Shown here: positions 8,720-18,469 of the stretch, piece after piece
Layout of the letters: every line of letters begins with the position of its first letter
How positions within the stretch are numbered: position 1 is the stretch's first letter
The notes under the pieces: model-generated
The model's database searches: none
Told to the model about the DNA's origin: nothing
Seen by the model: only the letters and a program-made list of their open reading frames with translations
NCBI GenBank assembly: GCA_021796535.1
Contig: JAKABW010000006.1
Location: 6,156 to 70,155 of the forward strand
Source of the DNA: Actinomycetes bacterium
GTDB taxonomy: Bacteria; Actinomycetota; Acidimicrobiia; Acidimicrobiales; Bog-793
Direction of reading: 5' to 3'
DNA length: 64,000 bases
Position numbers and translations under genes: made by a program

Positions 8720-9364
8720 TTAGCTGCATGAGTATTTTGAACAGATATTTTTAACAACTATAGTGGCAATTTGGTTTGCCACTTGCAAACTGCTGCCTCC
8801 CGGCACCGTTGTAATTGCCGCTACGGTGACAATAAGCGAACCGGTGTCGATAAGTATTTCGTGGGCTGCAAAGCCGTTCGCAGCTTCCAGGTTGTCTATC
8901 GTGGTGGGTTTGAAATTCAAAGCCTTATCGGTTTTAAAAAGCAGTTTGTAGTAAGCGGAAGGTGTCTGACCGACTGTGGGTTTGTTTAAATCCAGTGTGG
9001 CATTACTCCCCAACCCCGTCACCAATTTACTGGAGCTATAGACCCAATTGCACTGTCCGGCTGAAGAGGTCACAGAATTTATCTTTAATGCAAATATGGC
9101 GGAAACCTGCGATTTCGTTATAAGAGAACACGGGGACGGCAATCCTTGAGTGGCGCCGGAAGTGCCGGTTGCTTTTGCAGATGTTGTGGTGGTGCCAGAA
9201 GTTCCTTTGCCGGGCTTCGTGGTTCCCGATGCAACAGTGCCGGGGCTATTGGCAGCGCTTTTTGTTGTTCCGCATGCCGATAAAAGTAAGCCTATCGCAA
9301 CTAATGCGCCAAAAGTTATTTTTCGCACTGCGCCTCCTGATATGTCATTGATGACATATTTCAT
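8720..9364 (-). CDS. Putative secreted lipoprotein (function unknown)
   Basis: Signal peptide with lipobox LLLSAC-G, followed by a Thr/Ser/Gly-rich linker and a Cys-containing globular part. The start is set at the internal MKYV; the ORF track begins at 9388. Confidence 0.5.
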   Translation of the reverse strand: MKYVINDISGGAVRKITFGALVAIGLLLSACGTTKSAANSPGTVASGTTKPGKGTSGTTTTSAKATGTSGATQGLPSPCSLITKSQVSAIFALKINSVTSSAGQCNWVYSSSKLVTGLGSNATLDLNKPTVGQTPSAYYKLLFKTDKALNFKPTTIDNLEAANGFAAHEILIDTGSLIVTVAAITTVPGGSSLQVANQIATIVVKNICSKYSCS

Positions 9365-9588
9365 AAATGTCCAGACGTTATTATACACTTGATATGTCAG
9401 CTTGTGCTGATGATCTTTTCATATTCTCAATTGATTTGAGTGGCAGAGATATCGCATGTGAAAAGTTAGGCGGCGTTTCTTCGGCTGTAAAGATGAATAT
9501 CAGTTGAGACATGGAGAGCACGCCAAGAGTGGGGAATATCAGGGGTCGGTGTCTTTGGTCACATTCGCGGACGGGAAGAAATATTCGG

Positions 9589-9616
9589 TTGCTAAAATAC
9601 CCTACCCTGGTATAGT
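9589..9616 (+). promoter_or_regulatory. Candidate copZ promoter (TTGCTA-N16-TATAGT) with an embedded CsoR-type operator ATACC-N7-GGTAT (9597-9613)
   Basis: The inverted repeat ATACCctaccctGGTAT lies between the -35-like and -10-like hexamers, 25 nt upstream of the copZ ATG. The RBS GGAGG is at 9624-9628. A CsoR gene is in the same operon. Confidence 0.55.
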
Positions 9617-9637
9617 ATTCTAGAGGAGGTAAAGGAT

Positions 9638-9847
9638 ATGTCTGAAGTAAATGTTTTTTCCGTCCCCGGTATCAGCTGCGCACACTGCGAAAGAGCCATA
9701 AAAGAAGAGGTACTTCCTTTGGAGGGTGTGGAAGATGTACAGGTCGACTTGGAAGCAAAGAAAGTCAGAGTAGTCGGGACAAATCTGAATCCGGAGAAGC
9801 TAGTGCATGCCATTGCCGAAGGAGGCTATGAGGCGACTTTAATATGA
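9638..9847 (+). CDS. copZ: Copper chaperone, heavy-metal-associated domain
   Basis: 69 aa with the HMA fold motif GISCAHC. It overlaps the copA start by 4 nt. Confidence 0.85.
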   Translation: MSEVNVFSVPGISCAHCERAIKEEVLPLEGVEDVQVDLEAKKVRVVGTNLNPEKLVHAIAEGGYEATLI

Positions 9848-12072
9848 GTAACGATACCTACGGTAAATTTGCAGTTACCAATTTGCCGAAAGTCGTTGAA
9901 TTGAAAATTTCTGGTATGACGTGTACATCGTGTGCCGTCCGTATAGAGAAACGGCTTCAAAAGGTTGCCAACGTAGACAACGCGGCCGTGAATTTTGCCA
10001 CGGAAGTGGCTACCGTGCGCCTGGCGGAGCCAGTCGGGAAAGAAGACGAAATTCTTTCCGAGCTTATCAAGGCGGTTGAATCGGCGGGTTATGAAGCAGA
10101 CCTCTATGAAGAGAAAGCCGTAACCGCCGAACAAAAGAATCAGTATATCGGGAAGCTTATTTTGGCCGTAATTCTTTTGATACCCATAGTCTTGCTTTCT
10201 TTTGCTCCCTCCCTAAGGTTTCCTGCTTGGGAAGATATTGTGCTTGCTGCCAGCGCTTTAGTCGTCTTTTACAGCGGATGGCCTTTCCATAAGGCTACCG
10301 TTGCCAATCTGAAACATTTCTCTATGACTATGGATACCCTGGTTTCCCTGGGATCAGTATCGGCTTTAGTTTGGTCTGCCGTAGTTACGTTTGCCGACAT
10401 TAATGCTCCGGTTTATTTTGATGAGGCCGCCGGCATAACGGCCGTGATCCTACTGGGGAGATTTCTGGAAGATCGGATCAAAAAACAGGCTTCCAATATC
10501 TTGGGGGATTTATTTGCGCTTGGGATCAAAGACGCAGAGGTTCTGAGAGGTACGTCCTCCGAAGTGATAAGTATTGAGAATCTGCGTCCCGGAGACATTT
10601 TCGTGGTAAAGCCGGGAGGCAAAATAGCAGCGGACGGAGTTGTCGTGTCGGGTGTTTCCGCAGTGGATTCTTCGCTCGTCACGGGAGAGTCAATGCCCGT
10701 GGAAGTCGGCGTGGGAAGTCATGTCGTCGGAGGGACAATAAACACTTACGGCAGCCTTCACGTTGAAGCCCAAAAAACAGGCCAAGACGGTGTTTTGGCT
10801 GAAATTGGCAGACTCGTGGCGGAGGCCCAAGGCAAAAAAGCCAATATACAAAAACTTGCCGACAGAATTTCCGCTGTTTTTATACCCATCGTACTCTCGT
10901 TGTCCCTTCTCTCTTTTGCGGTTTGGCTTGCTTTTGGTTACGGTCTGAGTCGTGCTTTTATACCTGCCGTGGCTGTTTTGGTGGTGGCTTGCCCGTGTGC
11001 CATGGGACTCGCCACCCCGATTGCCATGATGGTCGGGATCGGTCGGGGTGCAAGGCTCGGCATTCTAATCAAAGACCCCGATGCCTTGGAAAACAGCAGA
11101 AAAGTCACTGCCGTCGTGTTCGACAAGACGGGAACCATTACTTCCGGCGCCATAACCGTAGACGAAATCGTTTCCTTCAACGGTCATACCGGAGAGGAAG
11201 TGCTGTCTTTGGCTGCTTCCTTGGAGAAATCAAGCGAGCACTTAATAGGTCAAGCCATTTACAATCATGCCCTGAAAGAGGGGACCGACTTGGTCGATAC
11301 CGATGAGTTTGTATCCGCACCCGGAGAAGGCATCGAGGCAAATATCGGTTCAATCCATGTAATGCTCGGAAAGAAAACCTTTCTCTTGGCAAAAGGTATC
11401 AGTATTTCCCAAGACATGGTTTCGGCGGAAGAAAGTTTTGAGTCGCAAGGAAAGACCGTCATATCGGTGGCCGCCGACGGGGTCGGCATGGGTCTCATAT
11501 CGCTCAGCGATACCGTAAAGGCTGAAGCAAAATCGGCGATAGACAGAGTAAAGTCTTTGGGGATACGCCCGATAATGATAACGGGGGACAACGAAGCGGT
11601 CGCTCACAATATCGCCAAGTCCGTAGGCATAGACGAAGTCATAGCGGGAGTGATGCCAAAAGACAAGGCCAGCAAAGTACACTCTTTGCAGTCGGCCGGA
11701 GAAGTGGTGGCAATGGTGGGAGACGGCATAAATGATGCCCCGGCGCTGGCCTCCGCTGACTTATCGATAGCCGTGGGAAGCGGTACGGATGCGGCGCTTG
11801 CGGTAGCGAGTATCACGCTTGTAAAAGATGATTTGATGGCCGTGCCGGATGCAATTTTGCTTTCAAGGAAAACTTTTACAATCATCAAAAGCAATCTGGG
11901 ATGGGCTTTCGGTTACAATGTCGTCGCCATACCGCTTGCGGCATCAGGCATCATAAACCCCTTGATATCGGCTGCGTTTATGTCGTTTTCAAGTATTTTT
12001 GTTGTTCTAAATGCGCTCAGACTAAAGAGATTCAAAGGAGAATCCCATGGGGGAAGAAAATACGCCGTCTAA
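9844..12072 (+). CDS. copA: Copper-translocating P1B-type ATPase
   Basis: N-terminal HMA GMTCTSC, transmembrane CPC, phosphorylation site DKTGTIT, hinge GDGINDAP. Confidence 0.95.
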   Translation: MSNDTYGKFAVTNLPKVVELKISGMTCTSCAVRIEKRLQKVANVDNAAVNFATEVATVRLAEPVGKEDEILSELIKAVESAGYEADLYEEKAVTAEQKNQYIGKLILAVILLIPIVLLSFAPSLRFPAWEDIVLAASALVVFYSGWPFHKATVANLKHFSMTMDTLVSLGSVSALVWSAVVTFADINAPVYFDEAAGITAVILLGRFLEDRIKKQASNILGDLFALGIKDAEVLRGTSSEVISIENLRPGDIFVVKPGGKIAADGVVVSGVSAVDSSLVTGESMPVEVGVGSHVVGGTINTYGSLHVEAQKTGQDGVLAEIGRLVAEAQGKKANIQKLADRISAVFIPIVLSLSLLSFAVWLAFGYGLSRAFIPAVAVLVVACPCAMGLATPIAMMVGIGRGARLGILIKDPDALENSRKVTAVVFDKTGTITSGAITVDEIVSFNGHTGEEVLSLAASLEKSSEHLIGQAIYNHALKEGTDLVDTDEFVSAPGEGIEANIGSIHVMLGKKTFLLAKGISISQDMVSAEESFESQGKTVISVAADGVGMGLISLSDTVKAEAKSAIDRVKSLGIRPIMITGDNEAVAHNIAKSVGIDEVIAGVMPKDKASKVHSLQSAGEVVAMVGDGINDAPALASADLSIAVGSGTDAALAVASITLVKDDLMAVPDAILLSRKTFTIIKSNLGWAFGYNVVAIPLAASGIINPLISAAFMSFSSIFVVLNALRLKRFKGESHGGRKYAV

Positions 12073-12388
12073 AACCGCAAATGACGGATCCGTACCCGCA
12101 TCGCCCGGGTACCTCCACAGTAAAAGCGCTTTGGTCAACAGAATGCACCGCATCGAGGGTCAAACCCGCGGCATAGAAAAAATGATCTCAGAAAATCAGT
12201 ACTGCATTGACATCTTGAATCAGATCGCAGCTGTCAGGACGGCTCTGGACAGAGTGGCAATACATATTGTCGATGAGCACATAAATCACTGTGTCAAAGA
12301 AGCCATTGATTCCAAGGACAGAGAAAGCGCCGACGTTAAACGAAAAGAATTAATGGAAGTGATAGATCGCTTCATGAAAATCAGGTAA
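12047..12388 (+). CDS. csoR: CsoR-family copper-sensing transcriptional repressor
   Basis: The core RIEGQTRGIEKMISENQYCIDILNQIAAV...DEHINHC carries the C-H-C copper-ligand fingerprint. The annotated ATG overlaps the copA 3' end by 26 nt. A later start is possible. Confidence 0.85.
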   Translation: MGEENTPSKTANDGSVPASPGYLHSKSALVNRMHRIEGQTRGIEKMISENQYCIDILNQIAAVRTALDRVAIHIVDEHINHCVKEAIDSKDRESADVKRKELMEVIDRFMKIR

Positions 12389-12411
12389 GACCCGAGATGG
12401 GGGAACTGGCG

Positions 12412-13143
12412 TTAGGGGAGAGCCCGCTGTCTTATGTCCGGGTCATCCACAATGATAAACGACGGCCTTCGCTTTATTTCCTGCACGGCAAGCACCTGTG
12501 AAGCATTCGTGTGCCGCGAGGGCACCCGTTCCCTTCCGACAGAGCGGTAGTTGGCTTTTTCTTGGCTTACGCCGAATGTATTGTTCATGTAGTACAAAAG
12601 TCCCACGTAAGCCAAAGTTGCTATGAAAAATACGATGCAGAAATACCACAAGAAGTTAAAGACAGGTATGGCGCCAAAGGTGAAGGTAAAGAGGACGGAC
12701 GCCGCCAAAATCTTTAAGTTCCTTTTTCGTAGCGCCGCTTTTTTGTTGCGCTTATGTGCCGTCTTGGGGCGAAGACTCTGTCTGTCAACGCGGCGGTGCA
12801 GAGCTGTGCCGTGAGCTTGAGAGCTATCGGCGGTGTAGTGTTGCATGTTCTCGTAACCAGGCAGATAAAAAAGATTACTTTCCGGGTGGACTTTATGTGA
12901 GTTGGCTTGGTATGAGTCGGGGGAGTCGGGATAAACGGAGAAGTTATGGTGGGCGATATCGGGACTGTGGTTTGTTATAAGGCTGATCGAGGATCCGAAT
13001 TTTCCTATTTCAGAATCAATGCGAAACTGGCTTACCTTTTTCCATATGTATGGTGCTAATGCTAATACCCATACCATGAGAAGAAGGAGTATCAATGGCA
13101 TCTTAGGCAGCCCTCCTGCGATATCATTATGACAACCAGTCAT
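12412..13143 (-). CDS. Hypothetical membrane protein
   Basis: 243-aa ORF with an N-terminal TM helix (PLILLLLMVWVLALAPYIW), a basic linker and two further TM helices. I recognised no family. Confidence 0.45.
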   Translation of the reverse strand: MTGCHNDIAGGLPKMPLILLLLMVWVLALAPYIWKKVSQFRIDSEIGKFGSSISLITNHSPDIAHHNFSVYPDSPDSYQANSHKVHPESNLFYLPGYENMQHYTADSSQAHGTALHRRVDRQSLRPKTAHKRNKKAALRKRNLKILAASVLFTFTFGAIPVFNFLWYFCIVFFIATLAYVGLLYYMNNTFGVSQEKANYRSVGRERVPSRHTNASQVLAVQEIKRRPSFIIVDDPDIRQRALP

Positions 13144-13249
13144 ACCAAAGATACTCTAAGAAGTCATCTTTGTGTTGGATAGTTAATCAAAAAGTAAAAA
13201 AATTGTTTTTTGTGATTTTGGAGCGGCTGCGGTAAGGGTATGGCTTTGT

Positions 13250-13756
13250 TTAATCGGAAGGAAGTTCGTGCAGCAACGATTCGTTTCTTCTCCAGTTGCC
13301 GGCACTGCCTCCCGTTTTTTCCCAGAGACACAATTCTCCTACGGACATTGTTCTGTCTATCGATTTGCACATGTCGTATATGGTAAGTGCCGCTACGGCA
13401 CAGGCGGTCATGGCTTCCATCTCTACGCCTGTTCTGTCAAAGGTTTCGACCTGGGTTTCTACCTCCACGAAGTCGTCGCCTATGGTGAAATTGATATAAA
13501 CGTTTCCCACCAGCAACGGGTGGCACAGCGGTATCAGGTCGGCAGTTTTTTTGGCGGCTTGGATACCGGCTATTCGCGCCGTACTGAGAACATCACCTTT
13601 GGTGATGGAGTTACTGACTACGCCCGTTGTCGTTTCCGGCAACATGGATACCTTGCATTTGGCGCGTGCTCGCCTGTGGCTGGGCTCTCTGACGTTTGAT
13701 TCGAACATTCTGACTCTGCCCAGAGGGTCAAGTCTTGTAAGATTTGTTTCGGCCAT
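13250..13756 (-). CDS. moaC: Cyclic pyranopterin monophosphate synthase
   Basis: Conserved MoaC blocks IPLCHPLL and GVEMEAMTACAVAALTIYDMCK. Confidence 0.9.
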   Translation of the reverse strand: MAETNLTRLDPLGRVRMFESNVREPSHRRARAKCKVSMLPETTTGVVSNSITKGDVLSTARIAGIQAAKKTADLIPLCHPLLVGNVYINFTIGDDFVEVETQVETFDRTGVEMEAMTACAVAALTIYDMCKSIDRTMSVGELCLWEKTGGSAGNWRRNESLLHELPSD

Positions 13757-13950
13757 TTTTTAATTGTACGCTTTAAATATGCTTTTAAAATTGATCGAAA
13801 GATAATTTCGAAACATTTTTTTGTTTTACATGGTCAATCTCAAAAATATTTTGGTGTGCTTGGCACTCATATTATGAGAGTGCCAGCTATAATAGAAGTT
13901 AAACTTCGGCTTAAAGCTGTAATCGGTTGTCTTGATTTAAGGAGGCTTAA

Positions 13951-14298
13951 GTGCCAACCTATGAATATGTTTGCCGTGATTGCGGGCAACACCTGGAAGT
14001 CGTACAGTCTTTTACTGACCCTGCCCTGAGTAAATGCGAGCTTTGCGGAGGTTCTCTCCGCAAAGTTTTTGGCAGCGTAGGCATTGTCTTTAAGGGCAGC
14101 GGGTTTTATAAAACAGACTCCCGTTCTTCTTCCGGTTCGAGTGCCGTCAAGACTGCAGAAACTCCTTCTTCGGAGGTAAAGTCTGAGCCGACCAAAAAAG
14201 AAGATACGACTGTCAAAGCAGAGACGCCGCCGACAAGCGGCGAAAGCACTGCCCCGAAAGCAGCCGAAAAGCCGGCGGCAACCAGCCAGGTGGCATAG
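13951..14298 (+). CDS. FmdB-family zinc-ribbon protein
   Basis: MPTYEYVCRDCG...CELCGG (CxxC-CxxC) followed by GSGFYKTD and a Ser/Thr/Pro/Glu-rich tail. RBS AAGGAGG precedes the GTG start. Confidence 0.85.
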   Translation: MPTYEYVCRDCGQHLEVVQSFTDPALSKCELCGGSLRKVFGSVGIVFKGSGFYKTDSRSSSGSSAVKTAETPSSEVKSEPTKKEDTTVKAETPPTSGESTAPKAAEKPAATSQVA

Positions 14299-14355
14299 AC
14301 GCCGTAAGCACACCTTTTTGGCGTATTGCGGAGCAGGGTATTTTGCCGTTTTTCT

Positions 14356-15699
14356 CTAGCTGCCGCTGAGTGACATCTCTCCGATTGCCAGGGTAACGCC
14401 TGCAGCCGAGGAGGGAAGCCATTCGATGTCGTTGCCGATATAGAGAATATCTTGGAGCATTTTTTGAATTGTCGACGCGATGGTCACCTCTTTGACAGCT
14501 TCGCCAAGTTGGCCGTTTCGTATCATCAGGCCCTCCGCTCCCACGGAAAAGTCGCCGCTTATCCGATTGACTCCCGAGTGGACACCGCTAATTTCTTGAA
14601 CGTAGAACCCGTTGCCCACTTTGTCGATGATCTGAGTTTCGTTTAAGTCACCCGGCAGCAGCGAAAGAGCTCTGGCTCCGACGGAAGGGGTGGACTTGTA
14701 ACCCGCTCTGACGGCGGATGCGGTGGATGTCGTTCCGGCCAGTCTTGACGAGTAAGTATCGTACAGAAAGCCGGACAGCTTTCCTTGGTCGATAAGAGTC
14801 AGTTTTCTGCTGGCCAAACCTTCCGCATCGAAAGCGGAAGCTCCGAAAGCGGATATGTTGGTGGGATCCTCAATCAGAGTGAATGTCTCGATGCCCACTC
14901 GGTCACCCAGTCGGTCGGCAAACAGCGATCTTTGTTTCACCACTTCTTCTCCCGACAGAGTGCCGGCCAATATGGAGACAAGAGTGGCGGTAACCCTTTT
15001 GTCAAGGACCACAGCCAGCTGCGCGGATTTTTGCTTTTTGGCGCCGAGCAGTCTTGTGGAGCGCAGTACGGCGTCGTTTACGGCTTTTTCCGGGAGCAAG
15101 TCGTCAATTTCTCTTCCCACGCTGTAACCGGATCCGCTCATGGTGTCGCTTTGTTCGCCCACCAGTATGTCGGTGGCGATATAGCAAACACTTTCTCTGG
15201 CGTACGCTTTTATTCCAAGGGAGTTGCAAACAGCTACTTCGCCGGCAGAGTCTCCGTAATCGCTGCTCGTTACCTGCCTTATTCTGGAGTCAGCTTTCCG
15301 GCAGGCGTTGTCGAGCTCGATTGCCAGATTGATTTTTTCTTCCGTCGGGGTGTGCAAAAGTTTATCGCGCCACAAGTCAATTTCCTGTGGGGCGATGCCG
15401 TCGGGCCGAGCCAATCCGACCGCTTCGTCGGGAGTGGCAAACAAAGAATTGTCCCGTGCCTGCCTGAGGGCTTCTCTCGCGGCATCTTCGGAAAGTCCTC
15501 CCACGTAAGCAAAGCCTTGTCGATGGGAAGAAATAACTCTTACCCCTATTCCAGCCGATTCGGCTGCGGAAAGCGATTCGACTTCGCCTTTGTAGGCTCT
15601 GGCTTCCGTGGAAGTCCCCCAGCCGACAAAGGCCTCCACTTGTTCGTCGCCTTGTGCGTCAGAGGCAATTTTTTCGGCTATGTTCATCAAATCAGGCAC
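14356..15699 (-). CDS. pmbA: TldE/PmbA-family metalloprotease subunit
   Basis: 447 aa. PmbA_TldD family pattern with a C-terminal GxxxGxF...SGDFS block (SGDFSVGAEG). It overlaps the upstream tldD gene by 8 nt. Confidence 0.85.
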   Translation of the reverse strand: MPDLMNIAEKIASDAQGDEQVEAFVGWGTSTEARAYKGEVESLSAAESAGIGVRVISSHRQGFAYVGGLSEDAAREALRQARDNSLFATPDEAVGLARPDGIAPQEIDLWRDKLLHTPTEEKINLAIELDNACRKADSRIRQVTSSDYGDSAGEVAVCNSLGIKAYARESVCYIATDILVGEQSDTMSGSGYSVGREIDDLLPEKAVNDAVLRSTRLLGAKKQKSAQLAVVLDKRVTATLVSILAGTLSGEEVVKQRSLFADRLGDRVGIETFTLIEDPTNISAFGASAFDAEGLASRKLTLIDQGKLSGFLYDTYSSRLAGTTSTASAVRAGYKSTPSVGARALSLLPGDLNETQIIDKVGNGFYVQEISGVHSGVNRISGDFSVGAEGLMIRNGQLGEAVKEVTIASTIQKMLQDILYIGNDIEWLPSSAAGVTLAIGEMSLSGS

Positions 15700-17110
15700 C
15701 GGCTGTTCCTCCGACTGTCACTTGTGAAATTCTGAGAGTCGGTTGCCCGCAACCGACGGGTACGTTTTGTCCGTCTTTGCCGCATGTCCCCGGGCAAACG
15801 TCGAAATCGTCGGCTACGGCGTCTATATTTTGCAGAACCTCCGGTCCGTTACCTATCAGGTTGGCGTCTCGTAAAGGCTCTGTTATGCGGCCGTTTTCTA
15901 TCAAATAAGCTTCCGTCATGCCAAAAACAAAATCTCCCGTTGCCGTATTTACTTGTCCCCCGCCGAGTTTTGATACGTAAACGCCGTATTTTGTGTCGGC
16001 CACTATTTCGTCTTTGTTGTCTGTGCCGTTCATGAGGTAGGTATTTGTCATCCTGACCATAGGCAGATGCTGGTAGCTTTGTCTCCGGCCATTGCCCGAA
16101 GAAGACCTCTTCTCTTTTCTGGCTCTCAGGTAGTCCCACATGTAGTCGGTCAGGACTCCGTCCTTGATGAGAACGTTGCTTTGCGCGCGGTGTCCCTCGT
16201 CGTCTATGGCCGAAGTACCCCAGCCTCTTCCAAGCGTGCCGTCGTCAATTAATGTGACTTTGGGATTTGCGACAATTTCTCCGACTCTGTTGGTGTAGAC
16301 CGAACTGTCCTTTAGGATATGGTCGGCTTCCAGTCCGTGTCCGCAGGCTTCATGGAATAAGATTCCGCCGGTGCCGCTCTTGATGACTATCGGCAAAGTA
16401 CCGGATGGCGCCGGTTTGGCGTTTAATTTGGACAGGGCGATTCTGGATGCTTCTTTGGCCACCTCGGCTACGGAGAATTCGTCGAAAATTTCAAAGCCGG
16501 CTGTCAGTGCGAGCGTTTCGTATCCGGTTTGCAAGCCGCCGTCTCCCAAGGCAACGCAGAAAACGGAAATTCTTGTCCTGATTTGATCGTCCGTTGCCAA
16601 CAGTCCGTCCGAATTTGCCACCAAGATCCTCCGCCGCGAGTCCCCATAGCCTATTTGGACTTGTGCTATTTGTCCGGAAGCGGATCGGGAAGCTTCGTCG
16701 GCTGCCTGGAGAAGGGCCACCTTCTTTTTCTTTTCGACCTCCTCCGGCCATATCTTGACGGCGCTTTTTCCGAAGATTTCTTTTGAGGCGTCCAGGGACA
16801 CGACTCTGCTGCCGTCTGTCTCCCGTTTGGCGACGGCAGCGGCGGCTTCAGCCGCCGCCAAAAGACCGTTTTGCGACAAATCCTGAGTATGGGCATAGCC
16901 CGTTATATCGCCCACGACAACTCTTATGCCGGCCCCTTTATCGTGGCCGGAAGAGAGTTCTTCAATTTTTTTGTTGTCCAGGGCGATCGAGGATCCTTGG
17001 CGGTCTTCTGCAAAGATTTCGGCAAATTCGGCCCCTTTTGCGGAAGCCCTTGATAAAACTTGTTCGATGACGTCCGTGGGTATAAGTAAATCATCTGCGG
17101 CTAAAGTCAA
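15692..17110 (-). CDS. tldD: TldD-family metalloprotease
   Basis: 472 aa. The HEACGHGLEADH metal-binding motif is typical of TldD. Confidence 0.9.
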   Translation of the reverse strand: MTLAADDLLIPTDVIEQVLSRASAKGAEFAEIFAEDRQGSSIALDNKKIEELSSGHDKGAGIRVVVGDITGYAHTQDLSQNGLLAAAEAAAAVAKRETDGSRVVSLDASKEIFGKSAVKIWPEEVEKKKKVALLQAADEASRSASGQIAQVQIGYGDSRRRILVANSDGLLATDDQIRTRISVFCVALGDGGLQTGYETLALTAGFEIFDEFSVAEVAKEASRIALSKLNAKPAPSGTLPIVIKSGTGGILFHEACGHGLEADHILKDSSVYTNRVGEIVANPKVTLIDDGTLGRGWGTSAIDDEGHRAQSNVLIKDGVLTDYMWDYLRARKEKRSSSGNGRRQSYQHLPMVRMTNTYLMNGTDNKDEIVADTKYGVYVSKLGGGQVNTATGDFVFGMTEAYLIENGRITEPLRDANLIGNGPEVLQNIDAVADDFDVCPGTCGKDGQNVPVGCGQPTLRISQVTVGGTAGA

Positions 17111-17298
17111 AATTCCTCACTTTTCCATGCATTCCGTAACTTTGTAACCTTCGGTTGATTCCAAACGCAAGTTTACTCTCGTGCTTTATCAGAGTATCGG
17201 AATTGATCGCTGTAAGACAACGCGGTTTAGGTAAACATATTTAGAAGCCTATCGCGGGATCTCGGATGAGGTAAGTAAAACCGACTTTTTGCGGATGA

Positions 17299-18066
17299 CT
17301 AGTTGCTGCCCAAAATTCCTCCCAGCAGCCCGCCCAATCCGCCGCTTACCGCTGCCGGCGCGACGGTGTTTCCGCTTTGATCGATGTAAGGCGCTATGGC
17401 TTCCGCGAGATTTGCGATAGGCATGCTTTGCAAAAATACTTTCCCGGGGCCGGTCAGTGTGACCAGATGAAATCCGTCTTGTCCGAATAGCTTATTTGCT
17501 ATTCCCGGGACTTGCGTGATTTGGAAATTGACGCCTTGTGTCATGGCGCCTATGTGTCCGGGGTGAACCAACAAGCTTTGTCCCGCAGCCAATTCGTAGG
17601 GAATTATTTCTCCGGAAAGCTCCAAAAAGAAAGTTCCGTCGCCTTCCATTTTTTCAAAAATAAAACCCTCTCCGCCCCATAGTCCGCCCCGCATATTTTG
17701 TTGAAAACCTATTCCGCAGACGATTCCGGGTGTCCCGCAAAGCCAGCCTTTGCGATGAACCAGGTAGCCCTGACCTGGCGTTACGGATAGCTCTACAAGA
17801 GTTCCGGGCTGTTTGGCGGCAAAAACGACTTTGCCTTGAACAGACTGGGCTTCATAACGCGTGACGAGCAATCCTCCGCCGGCAACCGCCCTCTTTAGGG
17901 TTGCCGCAAAGCCCTTGTCTTTTCCTGTGGAGGTCGTTTGTGACATGTGGATATTGGGAGTCATCCATGAAAGTTCTCCGTGTGTGGAGATAACTGACTC
18001 TCCCGCCTCCAGGGTCACTTCCAGTATTTGCATTGTCGTACCTTTGATTTCAGTATTCATAAACAC
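17299..18066 (-). CDS. AIM24/TIGR00266 family protein
   Basis: 255 aa. The beta-rich pattern (LEVTLEAGESVISTHGELSWM ... FLQSMP) and the Gly-rich C-terminal tail are typical of DUF124/AIM24 proteins. Confidence 0.75.
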   Translation of the reverse strand: MFMNTEIKGTTMQILEVTLEAGESVISTHGELSWMTPNIHMSQTTSTGKDKGFAATLKRAVAGGGLLVTRYEAQSVQGKVVFAAKQPGTLVELSVTPGQGYLVHRKGWLCGTPGIVCGIGFQQNMRGGLWGGEGFIFEKMEGDGTFFLELSGEIIPYELAAGQSLLVHPGHIGAMTQGVNFQITQVPGIANKLFGQDGFHLVTLTGPGKVFLQSMPIANLAEAIAPYIDQSGNTVAPAAVSGGLGGLLGGILGSN

Positions 18067-18469
18067 CCCTTGGTATAAGTAAAGCTAATTATAAATTTGG
18101 CTGCAAATAGCAAAATAAAATTTTATGGCAGCTTGAATTGGTTGTCCAGTTATTTTTTTATTTATGTCAAAACTCTTTCGCTTTCATGGCCTCTGAGTTC
18201 GCTGTGCCGATATGGAAAGAGCGACAATATTTCAATTCGACTAAAATATAAACGCTTCCCGCCAAGTCCTTATCTTTGGGAACCGGTCAAAATATGTGAT
18301 TCAAAAAAGATTGAGGTTATGCCGCAGGGATATTGATTTAACAAAAAATAAATAAAAACTGCCGCGGGTATCCGCGACTTTTGCCCAATTCTTTACTACT
18401 ATTTGTGAAGACGGATTTATCTATGAAATAAAAGCAATTTATTGGCAGTTTGTACAGGATGGAAAGATT

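Noticed and set aside
13860-13877. Sigma-54-like TTGGCAC-N5-TTAT.
   Set aside because: The -12 element does not match TTGC. To my knowledge, Actinomycetota-type genomes generally lack RpoN. It is better described as one arm of an inverted repeat.
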